Shown piece after piece: positions 12,301 through 27,300 of a DNA stretch of 64,000 nucleotides. Positions within the stretch are counted from its first letter, which is position 1. Every line of letters starts with the position of its first letter. A program made the position numbers and the translations under genes. Source of the stretch: Amphiscolops sp. MND2022 (Eukaryota); the NCBI GenBank assembly GCA_964187785.1, contig OZ076409.1:13208001-13272000 (forward strand), read 5' to 3'. The notes beneath the pieces are model-generated. The model searched no databases and was not told the DNA's origin. It was given only the letters and a program-made list of their open reading frames with translations.

Positions 12301-15300
12301 CAAGTAATTAGAACCCGGTATTAAAATGTCATTTAGCTGTGATAGTTCTCCTGTGTACTTGCGTTCATTAATTGCTCGCTTCAGGCCATATTTTTTAGCC
12401 TTTCCGAGTCGAGCCATCCAAAATGTCAGCGTAAAGAACCAATTTTATTGTCAGGCTGATTTACTATGGTAATAAATTTCGCAACTGCAACTGAGGAAAA
12501 ACTTCATAAAACTGCGCTGTAAATTGCATGAAATGCGACAGAACCCCCCGTAGATTCAGGTCAACATAATTCTCATCTTTCACTAACGAAAAAGTCAAAA
12601 ATTGAATGCATTGCAATGAAAAACCGCTCAGGTGTCAAAAAACTAATTTTAGGGAATAAAAAAATTTTGCTTTTTTCTTCAGTTTCGAAAGTTTTTCTTC
12701 AGTATCGAAAAGCAATTCAGTCTTTTCACCAAACACTGGTTAAACTGTTTTTTATAACCTCGACAGTTATTTTTTCCTCAAATGAGGACAGCGGATTTTT
12801 TTGCAATCGATAAAAAATTACGAAAAGCAAAAGCATATAGGAAAACAAAACATTGTCTCTCTCATCAACAATCTTTCAGATTAAATGGGGTGAGCTGTTA
12901 TTTGTGTCAATATATTTTGCAAAAAAAGTATTTGGAAAAAGTGAAAATTTGCAAAAAAAATCAAAAAAATGCTGTTTCTCAATAACTGAGCAAGTGTTTG
13001 CTAAGTTACTGTCCCACTCTAGTAACACAGTAGGTCACCATTGAAAAGGCATGTAGAAGTTTTTTCATTTGAAAGGCCCGGTGAAGCTGCGGCTTATTAT
13101 TCGTGGTGAAATGAAGCTTTGAAAAAAATTGTGTAATTTTTGTCAACTTTTTCAACTTGTCGGTGTACTGGTCAATGACGAACATTTTTGTGTCTTCTAC
13201 TTGTGTGTTGAAAGTAGTGCTCAATTTGTTGAAAGTAGGCATCTTCAGAGTTGGCATGTTTTGAAAGATAGTTTATTCGCAGACCTACTTTCAGTTGTGC
13301 AAAATCCTTTATCTTGTTATTTCTAGGATTATGAATGAAGAACACCCACTTGATGGGAACTCTTTTATGAGAGGAAATGTTCGGAATAGACTGAAACCTG
13401 AGAAAGTCCGTAAACGGGCCTTTTGTATGCGCTTGCTGAGTTCAGCTTCATTTTCCGAGTAGTTTTTGTGATGATGAAGTGAATTGCGTTTTCAGCTCCC
13501 AAACTGTTTTAAAACGTTTTGCACTTAAAAAAGTACTTTTGAACGTTTTTAACCAACCCTGATTTAAATAAATGACTTTTTATAGGCACAAACAAGGGAG
13601 AAATATTGAAACTGGTCGTGAACGTGACGTCTCAGAGCAACTCCATGAACACGACGTGGCTCGCCCAATGGAGGGTGTTCCCGGAAGACAGCAAGAAAGA
13701 CGACAATGTCGAGATAAGGAAGATTCTGATTGACAAGATGACCGGTCAACTTCTCATCACCACCCACTCCCAGGTTGTCGCAATGCCCAAAAGTCGCTGT
13801 GCCAAGACATTCGACACTTGCAGGTTACACACGTTCATACTTTCACAGGCATCCATTTAGCTATTTTATTTTGATGAAACTAGAAGTTTTTCTGAGAAAC
13901 TATATATCGTTTAATCGATTACCAGAAAATTCAACACAAGAAAGTTCAACACAGAAAATTCAACACATTTGCATCAAAATTCTTGGTGACTTCTCATATA
14001 ATTTATTCATTTCACTTTCATGAAGGTTGTGATTAATGACTCAACAAAAAGCTTATAGTTGTTGCAAGTTGCAAATCGACATAGAAAATGAATGAGATAG
14101 TAATGCCGGGAAATTGGTTTAGTATCATTTCACCCCACGTTCATTTCACCCCATATCATTTCACCCCATGTCATTTCACCCCACATTCATTTCACCCCAG
14201 GTTCATTTCACCCCAAATTCATTTCACCCCATGTTCATTTCACTCCATATTTAAATTATCAAATGCGTCTCAGATTAATGACTATTGCCACCCAATTTCA
14301 ATTTTAGCGCTAATAGAAAAGCGTCTTGAATCTAATTACCAATTAGATAAGCAAGCGATGCTTTCTATGTGAACCACAAATTCGAAACGGAAAGTTTCTT
14401 TTATCGGAATTGTAATACTTCTGAAAAAGGCGCTGAAAAAAAAACATTTTTCTTCTGTCAATCAAAATTTACAATTATGGATGTTGCGAATCTTCAGCGA
14501 AAAATTTCTTATTCGGTGTTTCTAAGGCAAAAAAATCCTACAGGTCAGAAACTGACAATCAAATCAAAGCTGACTCAAAGTTTAATTGCTAATTGGTTAA
14601 TTAAGGCGAGACGCTTTTGTATAATTACAATATGGTGTGAAGTGAAAATGAGGTGAAATGAACGTGGGGTGAAACGATTGTGGGGTGAAATGAATGTGGG
14701 GTGAAATGAATGTGGTGTGAAATGAACGTGGGGTGAAATGAATGTGGGGTGAAATGATATGGGGTGAAGTGATATGGGGTGAAATGATTTTGGGGTGAAA
14801 TGAACGCACACCCGGGAAATTTTGTTTTATAGGATGTATAATTAAATAAGGAATTGATATATACAAGTGTGAACATAAATCATCCAAAGTCCCAAATTAG
14901 TTAATTGAATGAGATATACTGAGTAATTTACTATTTTCCGCCCCCACAATTTATCGTGTAGGGGAGGAAGATTATGATCTGTGTTGCGTTTTTTCACTAA
15001 TTCTGCCAAAACTCCGCTTTTTACTCCTTGTCCCAGCACGCTATAGGTTTTCTACGGAGGAAACGGAAGTTCGAAAAAATTGCGTTATATCCGAATTTTG
15101 ACGTTATATCCGAAGTAATATGCGTTTTACCAAGGAGGAGGTAAATTTTCGATTTCCACTTTAATTGAAGGCGGAAAATATCCCGGTGCATAGCGGGCGT
15201 CTTGTAATTAAATAGGAGATGCGAAAGTTTTCTGTGTTGAATTTTCTTGTATGGAGTTTCCCGAACTCCGTTTAATTTGGAACCAAAAAATTTGCAGCGC

Positions 15301-18300
15301 ACGATTTCAGATCAATATTGGTAATCAAGAGAATTGACAATTCAAGAGAATTGTCTCTATACATAGTTGTTTCGACACTTGAATCAAAAAAATTATCCAC
15401 ATTTTATTGATATTTTTCTGACAAAAAAAGCAAAAATTCACCCCTGGAACAAGCTAAAATTGTATAGGAAAGACATCAAATATTTTCATTTGTCCAAAAT
15501 TTCTGCGCGAAGCATGTCAACATGATGGTATTTGAACCTCGTTTCTTTTTCCCCTGCTACGGCTTGGCGGGAGGGTTCTAAGGAACATGGTCTCATGATT
15601 CTATTTACCGGTACTCAGCCCCATTCACCTTCAAACCTTTCGCAACCATTGAATCGAAACAACAATTTTTAATTTGGAAAATTTTGAAGTGTGTAAGGAA
15701 ATATGAGAACTTCATTCCAATTCAAATTCCTTTCAAGTCTAATTCAAGCGGAAGCTAAACCGGTTGGGCGTTTGGAGTTTGTTATAATTTCTTGTTGAGC
15801 AAGCAATTTCATTTCAAGTTACCCAAGGAGCTACTAATCATTACAAATGCTATTTTGGCAACTATTTAGCTGCGGTAATTGACTTCTTGGAAAATGATAT
15901 CTTTTGGGCGGGATTACGCGAATAGTGTCTCTAGCTATTTCTTTTGAAGGTGGGAATTGTTTATTAGCTAATTTAGGGAACGGGATATTAACCCCGTCTT
16001 GTTTGTCGTGGAAACGCGTCTTGACCCTGGCCAGCCAAAACATTACTCCAATTGCTGTTAGCATTACAGGCATTCATGCATTATTTAAGGGTTACATAAT
16101 GAGCAATAAGCGATATGTTTAACAGTTGACGTTGAACTATGGCAACGAGATTCATGTATCAACAAAAACACGTGGCTTTAATCAACCGGAAAATTTGTTC
16201 TTCCGGATAAACAGCTCAAAGTATCAGCAGTTTGCCCAGGTTTCGATTTTTGTTTACACAACAAAAGACAGTCCTTCGCAAATACAAGCCGGAGTTGAAC
16301 ATTCTTCGTACAGGGTGATTAAACTCAGCGAAAGGCAAAGAAGTTTAATTGAAGAAATATGAAACAGGAAGTTATGTGTAATGATATCGTGAAACTTCTG
16401 TCTCGGCTACTTGATGTTTCACGTTTTGAAGCTTCTTTTTAGCTCACAAACAGTCGAATTTACGGTGAATAAAAATTTGGATTTCAGAAAGGGTGTAATG
16501 TCAGAGATTGCTTTTTACACTAGGACTATTTACCGGGTTTCCCACCTAAATTCACTTTTCGGAATTGCCGCCAAATTTAGGATGCATCTTATAGGTAGCT
16601 TGATAAAATTAAATTGAATCAATGAAATTTTAATGCATGGAAGTTTCCTTAAGAAATTTATGAAATCATGAAAAATTAGAAATCAAGAAAACCTACAAAA
16701 ACTAGTAAAAAGTTCAAGCAGTTCCAACCAGGGCGACCCCTCCAAATACGGAACCTCTCGATAATCAAATCTGGTCTCATCTGGTGGCGATTTATAGACA
16801 GGTCTCCCTCTCTTTAAGAAAGTAGATTTGTAGATTCGGACCATTTTTCTTATCCCCCCTCCCCCAACACGAAACTTTCCTTTCATTTTTTAAAAATGAA
16901 ATAGGGGCATTTTGTACAGTTTTAGCTTCTAAGCGTGAATTTTTGCTATTTTTGACAAAAAAAATGAAAAGTAGGGTCTTTTTGCTGGAAGTGTCAAAAC
17001 AGCTGTAGAGACAATCCTCAAAGTTTTACAATCAAATAAATTATTATTAGTGAAATATTTTTCGTTAATTTTCATTAATGAGAAACAATATTGTGATTGC
17101 TATTCGAATACGTTGAGAAAATAGAATCATGCTTGTTTGTGAAAGTTTTCGTGGTTATGTAATTTTCTTTTTTTCCAGGAAATGTCTGCAGAGCGGGGAT
17201 CCCCATTGCAGCTGGGACATCTTCACTTCCACGTGCATAGATTTCACAGGGTTGGTGCCATAGTTTTTCCACTATTTCATTTCTTTTTTTTTAGTCGGCG
17301 CCTTTTCCCTTAAGGAAAAAAGCCCGACCATTACAGTGGGTAGTTTTTTTTATTTTTCAGTTCACTCTGAATGGTCCACTTTCTTTGTTCAACTTGGTTC
17401 AACTTTTTCGCTAAGATATTTTAGTTCCGATATAACGTTTCAAAGTTCGGATGTAACGTTTTCAAAGTTGAAGTTCGGATATACCGTTTTCAAAAGTTGG
17501 ATGTAACATTTTCAAAGTTCTTATATAACGTTTTCAAAGTTCGGATATAACGTTTTCAAAGTTCGGATATAACGTTTTCATTTTTCCCTCAACATTTTTT
17601 TTCGATTTTTCCTCAAAATTTCGCATAATTTGTGGAGCCTTAGATATGGCGCCGACATGGGCCGTTCCCGGCTTGCTTTCCTTTGGTTTTTGTGCATCAT
17701 TACTTATTCACGTTTTTGCGCCATTGTTTGCTTCCTGCGGAGTTTGGCCGATGGGTTATTTATTATCTAATAGAACAACGACTTGTTTGTTTGGAGAAAT
17801 TAATGGGATTTTCTTTCAAACTAGCTTCTTTTCATTCCTTCACCAGCCGTGAGGAATTTATGCCGAAAATCTTGTTTAACGAGGAAACGGGCTGGGGAGG
17901 ATTCCGCGTTTCTTATATTGACATTAATGTATGCTTTTCGCAAATCTCCCTAATCCATGATAAATCTCAATTTAACGAACTTCTCTGAGCCTGTTATGCC
18001 CACTACTTCGTGACGTCATTAAATATGGAGGCCGGATGACGTAATAATCTGTTGCACGCTGCATTTTCGCACATTTCATCTTGCGCAAATATCTAATCGG
18101 ATAATCTGTGAACACAATCTGGGTTTCAACCGCAAACTTATTGGCGAAGCGTTTAGATTACATATTTATAATCCTTTTGATCGTTTAATATTCCTGCGGG
18201 TCAAATTTGCGGGAGCAATTAGTAAAGCAAAATGAATGATACAACGTAATAGTCTTTTGTGCATTAGTCATCTTTTTCATGTTAGTTTCGTTTTTGCTTT

Positions 18301-21300
18301 CAGGGAGTCCGGGACGAACGTTTCATTCAATGCATATCTGACGTCATCAAAAGCCGAGGAATGGTGTGAAGTGATTGGTGGGCCGACAAACCCGATGAGT
18401 CTCGGGAAAGAAGCTACGATTAGCAGCGAAATTGAAGGTTCCAGAAATAACCAAGGTAGGCATTTCAGTTTCATCGTCTTTCTGCAAATTTTTTGATCTT
18501 TGATGATTGATTGTAAACCTGCTTTGATTTAAGTAATTAGGTAATTTGAACAAGCCGGGGACGGCATAAGTCGGCGCCATATCTAACGCTCAAAAATAGC
18601 AAAAGGACATGAAAGTGTCAAAAATTCAAAGTATCAAACTCACAAAAAGAGTATGAAACTCACGAAAAATATGGCGCGCTAAAAGGGTGACCCTTTCGCA
18701 TTTTCAACATCCATTGTTGCAAAACATCAAAAAATTGAAGAAGGGACCATTTGGTGATTTTTTTCGAAAAAAAAGTCTCACAATGCCAAAAAAACTGGAA
18801 GGGGGACCCTTTGGTCTCTCCCGGTATTGTGTTACGCGGAAAAAGAGTAAAAACCTTTTTGGTTCAGTTCGCTGGGCCAAATGATCCAATTTGGGACCAT
18901 AAAATTTCGTAGAACTTTTAAGAACTATTTTGGTCAGTTCGTGTGGATTGAAAAAAAAGTCACTATAATAGATAGTCGCGTTTCACTTCATGAAGCGCCG
19001 ACTAAAAACATTTTTTCCAAGCTCTGACAGAGCATCAAATGTTGAATATTCATTTTGACTCGATTCCATTAGCTAGCCAGGAATGGCCTTAATAGGTAAA
19101 AGTTACGTGCAAAACTTGTCGATTTTTGCTTCCCTCCAAAAAGTGCTGATTAATGTTATTGGCTCTAATTTTGCTTTGAAAAAAAATCAAGTCAATAACT
19201 TGGTGCTGAAAAGTCTGCGTCGATTGTAAATTTCGATTCCCGATTTTGTTTACTTCTTTGCCATAGCAAACTATTGCACCGCCTTGTGAATAATAATAAT
19301 AATACTAATATAAGCAGCTCCGTTTTTGTCCTTGCTTTGGGGAAATTCGCGCTAGTGGCAGTTGCGTATACTCTGTTGTGCTTAATAAGAGGGGGGGTCA
19401 TATTTAGAGGGGGGGTCTAGCAAATTTCTGGCGGACAGTAAGAGGGGGGGTCTAAATTACAGGGGGGGTCTAAGTTATTTTCCGGCCGGTTTTCTGAATT
19501 TTCGTCTTTGTTGATTGATTTCCGAGATCAGTTTGTTGAAAAATGGCCGTAGCTCGTTAGAAGCGGTAGATATTTCTTGCTTAACTGTATTTTCGATTCG
19601 AGACAAACTTTGAATCTGCTCTTTGCTCTTTCTGCCAGGGTTCGAACCTGGGCGTGAGCTTTTTTTTCTTTCGTGTTTGCTACCAGGGGGGGTCATAATA
19701 AGAGGGGGGTTCCCTGATTTTCAGGCAGAGACAGTAGTAGGTACCCCCCCTCTTATTAAGCACAACAGAGTAGGCGATTTATCTTTGTGCATACAAATAC
19801 CGTAGGTATATACATATCTGGTTCGGCTAATCAATTTCTTGCATTATTGAGCAACATTTTTTGATATTTCAAAAAGGTGGCAGTTGGTATAGCTTTTTCC
19901 CATTGCATCCGTTGTTGCGGGGCGAATTTAGAGCCGCAATGATTTTTCGCATGCGAGCGAAACCACCGAAAAACTAACTTGAGTGTTCACTTTTTGTTAT
20001 ATTTTGAAACCATTTTTTCCTGAAAAATGCCTGTCCCTATGCATTGAATTTTGAAAATATTTGAAAAACTATAAAATTTGGCTTTCAATACACTAATAAT
20101 TCCTCGCCACGGAGTGTGGACCACTAATTTCCAATACTGCTATTAATTGGCAGTAGAAATTTGGGAGGCGAAAAGAACCGCAATTTTTTTTCAACACCCA
20201 CAGGGAGAAAAACGTGTGAAGACTGAAAGTCGAGATACAATCACATTCACAAAATAATTCAATATTTCGGCAAGTGTGAATAAAAAACAAAGTTACCCCT
20301 CCCACCCGCAAATGTTTAAATATGGGCATGGATAATGCATTGTTTATACCAACAGTCGGGATAAAAATACGCCATCATAAAATTCACCAGGACAGATTTT
20401 GAGGAAAAAATACTTTCATCAGTCAGCGTGACTGCTTAAGGCATTACACAGACAAGATGTCTATTTATGAAGACAGCTGAAATATTATTCTATTCACTGA
20501 ACACAGACAAAGTACACACGATGCTCGTTCTATGCGATTTATAGTTACTTTTCAAAAAATATATAAGGGAAATTATCCCGATTTATGTGTAGCAGAGCTT
20601 AGAATCGGGATTTTTTTAAAAAATGAAGACATAGCTTCTCCAGTGATTAAACTGACAATTATCTTTATTATTACTACAACATTTTAGCAATTTTTCTATC
20701 AATTTAGAGTTTATTATAGACATAAAAGGCTAAACAAGTCTCAATTAAGGATAATGATCTGGGAAAGTCGCTATTAAAATGCACACTTCACCAGCCCTCA
20801 GCGTTTGTTATTTTAGTCATTTAGGGGCGCGAATAACGTCTAAGGAGTAATGTCTGAAAGTGCTTCGGGAATAAGGTCTAAAATTCACGTCTAAAAATTT
20901 TTAAGATAGGGAATGCGCATGATTTGGCTTTAGAAGTTATTCCCGTTTTGCATTTAAATGTTATTCCTTAGACTTTATTCCCTTTCGCTAAGTCATTATA
21001 TCAATAATAACTGCGGCACCGAAATGCAGATTGAGTTTTGCCTTTTCGATCATTGAAAAATTAATTGGCTGTACAGCTATTGCAACCTAAAAAACACTGT
21101 ATTTGACCTTTGTTGCTAAAACATGAAAAATAGTTTTAAAACAAAGCAGTGTGAGTTTAAAAATAATGTACAGATAAGAGATTTAAAAAATATTCAAGTT
21201 ATATAAGCTGAAAATAATAATTAAAGAAATCTAAATTCTTTCCAACACTTCTGGGTAAATTCGGGTATGTCAACTTCAGTTTTGAATTTCTCGAAAAAGA

Positions 21301-24300
21301 TGTTTTTGAATTTTCTTTTAGCTGTGATGTAAGTGAATTGTTTTGTTAACAAACCTTTTGCTAACAAACGAGACAATAACAGCAGAATCGTCGCCCAACT
21401 AGTTTCTCGAAACTAAAATAATTCATAATTTTTGAAATATTTGGACTGATATTGAAGAAAATAAAATGGGTGAATTATGTAAACATTGACAAAAAATACG
21501 GGGATGGCTCATGTAGTTTTTTTCTCATCTGAAAGACGTGAAAAAAAGCAAGTTCAGAGTATTAATGGTACCGTATTAATGAAATATTGAATTTATATGC
21601 TATGAAAACGTTAAACTGAAACAATTCGGAATTATTTATCAAATTAGCAGACAATTTTGAAAAAAATATTATAAAATCGCAAAAATGTGAAACTAGGCAC
21701 TTTTTAAAATTCATATTGCGCTAGAATGATGAATTTTGGGTTTTGTATTTTTGTATTTTGCTGAGTACTATAAGAAAGATCGTCATTTTGCATTAGTCCA
21801 CCATTATTGGTCAGAATTGTTTCCACTGTGAAAAACGTTAGTAATTTTCACAGGTGATGCAAAATTCAGAAGAAAATGTTTCATATTCTTAGCGGTGCCT
21901 TTTCCCCCAATGAGTTCCGAGTTGACATCAAAAAGATACATTTTTCTAGTTTTTGTTTCTTTCATTGTTATCCTTTCCCAAATACAAAGGGCCAATTTAG
22001 GACAAGGCGGGAAAATTGAAGGCTTTTCTTTGCTCTGCCACTCATAGAGAACATTAACATTTTGTTATTGTGGTGGTAGCTTTAAGAAAACAATTGGAAC
22101 AAATTGCGCCCGTGGATTCAATGAATTTGAATTATCTTCTCTATATCCTGTAGAATTACATTAATACATTTCACGCTGCGATAAGATCGGTATCTAAGTC
22201 GAACCGTATTCCCAACTTTTGATCCAATTTCTCCCAACTTGGTGTCATATACCTTTGGCGGCCCGATTCGCGGCACCCGTTCTGCTGAGTGGCTGATTTC
22301 TACCGACAGAGGGCGACAGAAAGGATTCATGCGAATTAAAACCCGCGACCTGAGTAAATTAACATAAATTAACATATATACCTGTCGAAGGGCGACAGCC
22401 TTACAATAATTTGCAGAGTCAAAAGGACATTGATGGGTGAAGAAGCGAGATTTTTGCAGTTTTTTCAGCCTCTTTTTATGGTAATTAATGATAATGTTTA
22501 CTTTAATCTTTCCTCGTTGCTCCTGAAAGAGGCTTTCAAAGACTAACTCAAAAGGTGCGAGCGAAGACTATGTAGTCATGCAATCACTTAACAAGGGGTG
22601 CACATTTTTCAAGCCTTACAAGATTTCCTCGCAAAGCAGTTTAGCCTTCCTGTTATGACAGCTCCTCCTAGGTTGTTGATGATGGGGAAATGATGGATGA
22701 TGCATACGAATACTTACAAAAACATACATGTGCATACATGGGTCTTTCAAACAGGGAGATATTATGTCAGAGGCAGGAAGTGAAATTTCAGAAGAGAGCT
22801 TTAATTGGATAACACTCCCTTTTGTTCCGGCCGCTAAACACAATTGAGGAAGCTGTAAATGAAGGAAAAGTCAGCATATTAAGACAAACACTGTTTACTT
22901 ACTCACCTAATGAATAAATGATTGGTTCATAACCAAGACGTACACGCACAGTAAATTGGCACAGCCAAGGAAACTAATGACATAAAAACACATCCAACAC
23001 TTTTGCTGAGAGTGTTGCGCAATATTACGTAATCTTTTGAGTCATTATAATTCTGGGGCCCCCTCCAAATAATAATTCAACGTCGCCTTGGGAGAACAAA
23101 CTGACATTTCATTATCGCTCAACAAATCTCACCTTTGATTGTGTGCGTTGTCGCAACTGCGAATTAACTCCTGCAGAAATTTGTGGGAAAACACAGGCGA
23201 TTTTAATTCCATTTGATCATGAATAATAAAAATAAACAAATTGATGAGAATACGATGGTTTGTGTGTCTACACCGATCATAGGCTGTTATCAGGCCATGG
23301 TTCGATTCTAACCAATGCTAATAAGTTACCTTTTTTAGTACTACATAAGTCTAATTAGAACTGTATTTCATTAGTCATACTGCAAACCTTTTTCCTATCT
23401 TTTGCAAAATTCATCATTTTTAGCTAATATTTTGACTGAATTTCATTTTTTTGCGAATTTAAAAACCAAGAATTCCGGCAAATCTACACGGGATCGAAAG
23501 TTTTACTCAATTTTCATAAAATTATGTTTTATTCGTGAAAAATGTAGAAATGATATAGATTTTGAAAAATGCTGAGAAATTCTTGCAATTGCTGAAAGAT
23601 TATTGAGCCCCGAGCGACGTACAAATAACGCTTTTGCATGCTTTTTGCATGCTAGTTTTCATCATTAGATGTAGACTTTTCATTTGAGGCACTTCGTTCG
23701 AAAAAAAGTTCATTTTTTTTATAAATTCATAGCTACGAACCTAATTTTTCCTTTGTTGAATCCTGTGCAAGGACCTTTTTTGAATAGACAATTAGACTAT
23801 AACAAAATTAATGAGCTTACTGTGTCTTCGGTATGGAATTTGATGAAATTTTCAATGAATTTCTCCGATTATTTCAACGGATTACACGTATTTGAAAGAT
23901 TTTGGTAATTTATTCTTTCACTTTTCATCTTTTTTCAACCATTTTAACTTCCACGTTATGTGCGGGCAATTTTTTACCAAGAAACCTATAATATCGTCAC
24001 CTCATTTTTATGAGCGGTTTTTCGGGAACTTTGAAGAACACTTGAATTGAGGGTGACATAAAAAGCCATGCGTTATTATCTGTGGAAACATAAACATTAA
24101 CCTGGCCTCGTATAAAACAGAGCCTCTTCTTATCGATTTTCCGCCATTCTAAATCGAAGCATACATCCCTAGAGGCTCGCATCTAATGCATTATTTTCTC
24201 CCTCAAACATTTCTCCAAGTTGCTGCGAGAATTGGGAAGGGGAGGAGTCTTTAATCTCCATTTAAATTGATAGCCTTGTCAAATTAGGGTAGAAATGATG

Positions 24301-27300
24301 CAATATCTAATGAAAACGAGACTCAACTTGCCATATTTTGATACTTTGTCAAGTGGAGGCGCCGAAAAGACTTCAATTTTGCAGCATTTTCGCTGCCTAA
24401 ATAGGATGGCAGAATAAACTTCTATCACAAATTAATGGAACCCTTTCCCCCAGGGAAATCAACTGTGGGGACGGTTTGAAAGAGCGGGAACAGTTAATGG
24501 GAAAAGCCGAATAGCACAATGGGCTCTGGGAGAGCTTGTTGTTCATCGGGAAACTGTTGCTTGTTTTTTCTCTTACCAATACATTGTTTGGTTGGAAGGG
24601 GTTTTTAAAAAGCTGCTTTTGATGCGATTCCGCTCAAATGGCATTTACTCCAACAACGAACACTAGCTTAGCGACAATTTTTTTGAAATCATTGTTGAAA
24701 TGGAAGGAAAACTTGAAAGCCATAAAAATGGGTGCTTCAATCTGTAGATAATGAGATTTTTTCCGTTTTTTGATGCATTTAGATGCAAAATAATGAGTTG
24801 ATATTATGATCATCTTTGTTCGCGATATCATTTCAATGGAGTTTACCTCTGCAAATACTGCTGTGGGATTAAATAAAGCTCCATGTAGTCTGAAAAGCCT
24901 TAATGTTTAAGACAAGCTGGAATAAAATTTTTTACTGATTTTCAGAGATCAACATTGCACGTGTTTTTTCTTCAGTAGCTCTCATCCGTCCACTTTTAGA
25001 TGGTGCAAATATCATTCGTACGGTAAAGACCACTTAACCTAGCCAGCACGCTATATTAGAATTGTTGACGTTATATCCGAAGTAAGTTGCGTTTTACTAA
25101 AGAGTAAAATTAATGGTGGAGGAAATATTGCGCTATATTCGAATTTGTGACGTTATATCCGAATTATATTGCGTTGTAATGAGGATCCGTATACTTTTAC
25201 GGAGAACAGATGGAGCAAATATCATTCATACGGTAAAGACCACTTGGCCTAGCCAGCACGCTTTATTCGAATTGTTGACGTTTTATCCTTATCCGAAGTG
25301 CGTTGAGTTTCACTAAAGAGGAGGTGGAGAAAATATTGCGCTATATCCGAATTTGTGACGTTATATCCGAACTATTTTGTTTTAATGAGGAGGAGGCGGA
25401 GGTTCGAAAAAATGCTCCCATTTGTCCCAGCACGCTATATTGCGTTTTGTGAAGTTAGAGTGTCTCCTTTTGTGCAATATGAGACTTTTTCCAAAATCAA
25501 CAAAATTTCGACATGTTTTTTCCTAATAGGAGTTTTTGAAGTTAGGTGCGACTTTTCTGGAAAAAAGTTCATATAATCAAAGAGTACTCCGTGAGTTTCA
25601 TTAATGTTTTAGGCTTAAAGCTCTTTTTTTGGCACTGAGACTTTTCCGAAGATAATTTTTTTTCGAAATTTTGAAAAATTCATTTTGACGTTTCCAGTTG
25701 AGAAAAAAGGGGTTATTGAGGCTTATGGTACCCCTTCGGGTATTTTTGGTGCTGTAAATTCGATAAAAATTTTCACAATGCTGTGCGCCTTCGCATATTC
25801 AAAACACTGCATTTTTTGAACCGTGAGCGGGGCGCCGAGTTTGGCCGTTCCCCGCTTGTTTTGTAAATATTCTGCTCAAATAGTTGCTCTTCTTTTGGGC
25901 TTCTTTGTAAACTATGATGCCAAGAATGGGAACCATTGCAAAGCACTGGAAGAGTTCCATAGAGTCCTACAGGTAAAACCAGTACAACATTCAGACTATC
26001 TTGGTATACAAACCATGAAAATCAATATCGGCAACATTTTCCTTCTCGCACCCAAAAATAGTGAAAAAATGGTAAAATTAGCATAAATTAGTAGCTGATT
26101 ATGTGAACTTGTGGGTAGTCGTCAAAATAGAGTAAAAAACAGTGTTTTAGGAAATGTTAGAATGTAATTTTAGTAGAGTTCACTAGGCAAACATTTACTT
26201 TTTTCAACGAGCGGGGAATTTTTCATTTTGCTTGTAAGTAATCCCAACTTTGACGCATACCTTTCAATGAAAATCAAATCAAAGAAAAAGCAGTACCTGG
26301 GGCAGAGCTTTGACATCGCTAATTTTTTCGCTAAACCGCTAATTTGAAAATCGCTATTTCGCTGAAGTCTTTTTCAAACTATCAAGGATGTTTTAAAATT
26401 GAAAGATGAAGATAGAAAACAACTGGAATTTTTCATACAATGATGTTTTTACTAAGGTAAGAATTAGAATTTTTGGAAATGATCTCGAGGCAACGAGAAA
26501 AATGTGAAGGATGTTTTTTTTAATTTGGACACTTTATTAGTTGCTGCTAATTTAAATCGCTAATGAAATCACTGAGAAATTCCTACATGACCGCTAATTC
26601 GCTTATTAGCGGTGTCAAAACTTTGACCTGGGGGATAAGAACATGGTCCGTTGACTTTGTAGGTTAGAGAAAAGTGCTCAACGTCCCATTTGGTCGTGGA
26701 GTGATTGAACTTGCATCCCTAATTGTAGTTAATTGAGAGAGGTCAACGTTTCAAATCCAATTACGTAACCTACGGGGTCTAACCATTTGTTGCCTAGTTG
26801 ACATCTTTCAGTTTCTCTAAAAACCCGTCCATGAAACCTCGTTGACACGTGTCTGTCATATATTTTTACATTGGCTAACTATTTATTATGATGGATTTGA
26901 CTATTTTTGATTGAATATGATTGAATTATCCAATAAGATCCGCCCGCATCTTGAACGTTGATGGCAGCGAGAAACTCTTCGTTGAGATGCTAGCATTGGA
27001 CTCTCTGACCTACCAGTTTGGTTTCGCGTTGATTTTATTCGTTATATGACAGGGTCATGTTCAAATTAGCAGTTTCGGATTTACATAGGGTTCAAACAAA
27101 CAAGAAAATACGGTATTTGATTGCACGATTGTTCGATATTGATGAAGTGTTTCTGCAATTGAACAGAAAGTTTTCAAATGTGCTCTCGGTTCATGGTTAG
27201 CTCCGGTTTTGGATTTTTTTTTCAAATTCGTCCCAAAACTTGTGAGAAGTATCCGTAACATTCTTCTAACTCGGTCAAATTTCTTTCGATTGTGTGTTTT

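Noticed and set aside
14088..14887. HFTP/FHP/ISP-repeat ORFs on both strands
   Set aside because: Translations of the foldback element's tandem arms.
17430..17580. Regular 22-bp repeats suggesting a CRISPR array (also 1985-2058)
   Set aside because: Head-to-tail repeats without unique spacers, inside a HINE, in a eukaryotic intron, with no cas genes.
23270..23320. GGTTCGATTC B-box-like motif suggesting a tRNA gene (also 19640-19652)
   Set aside because: No cloverleaf or acceptor stem could be built; at most a SINE relic or chance match.
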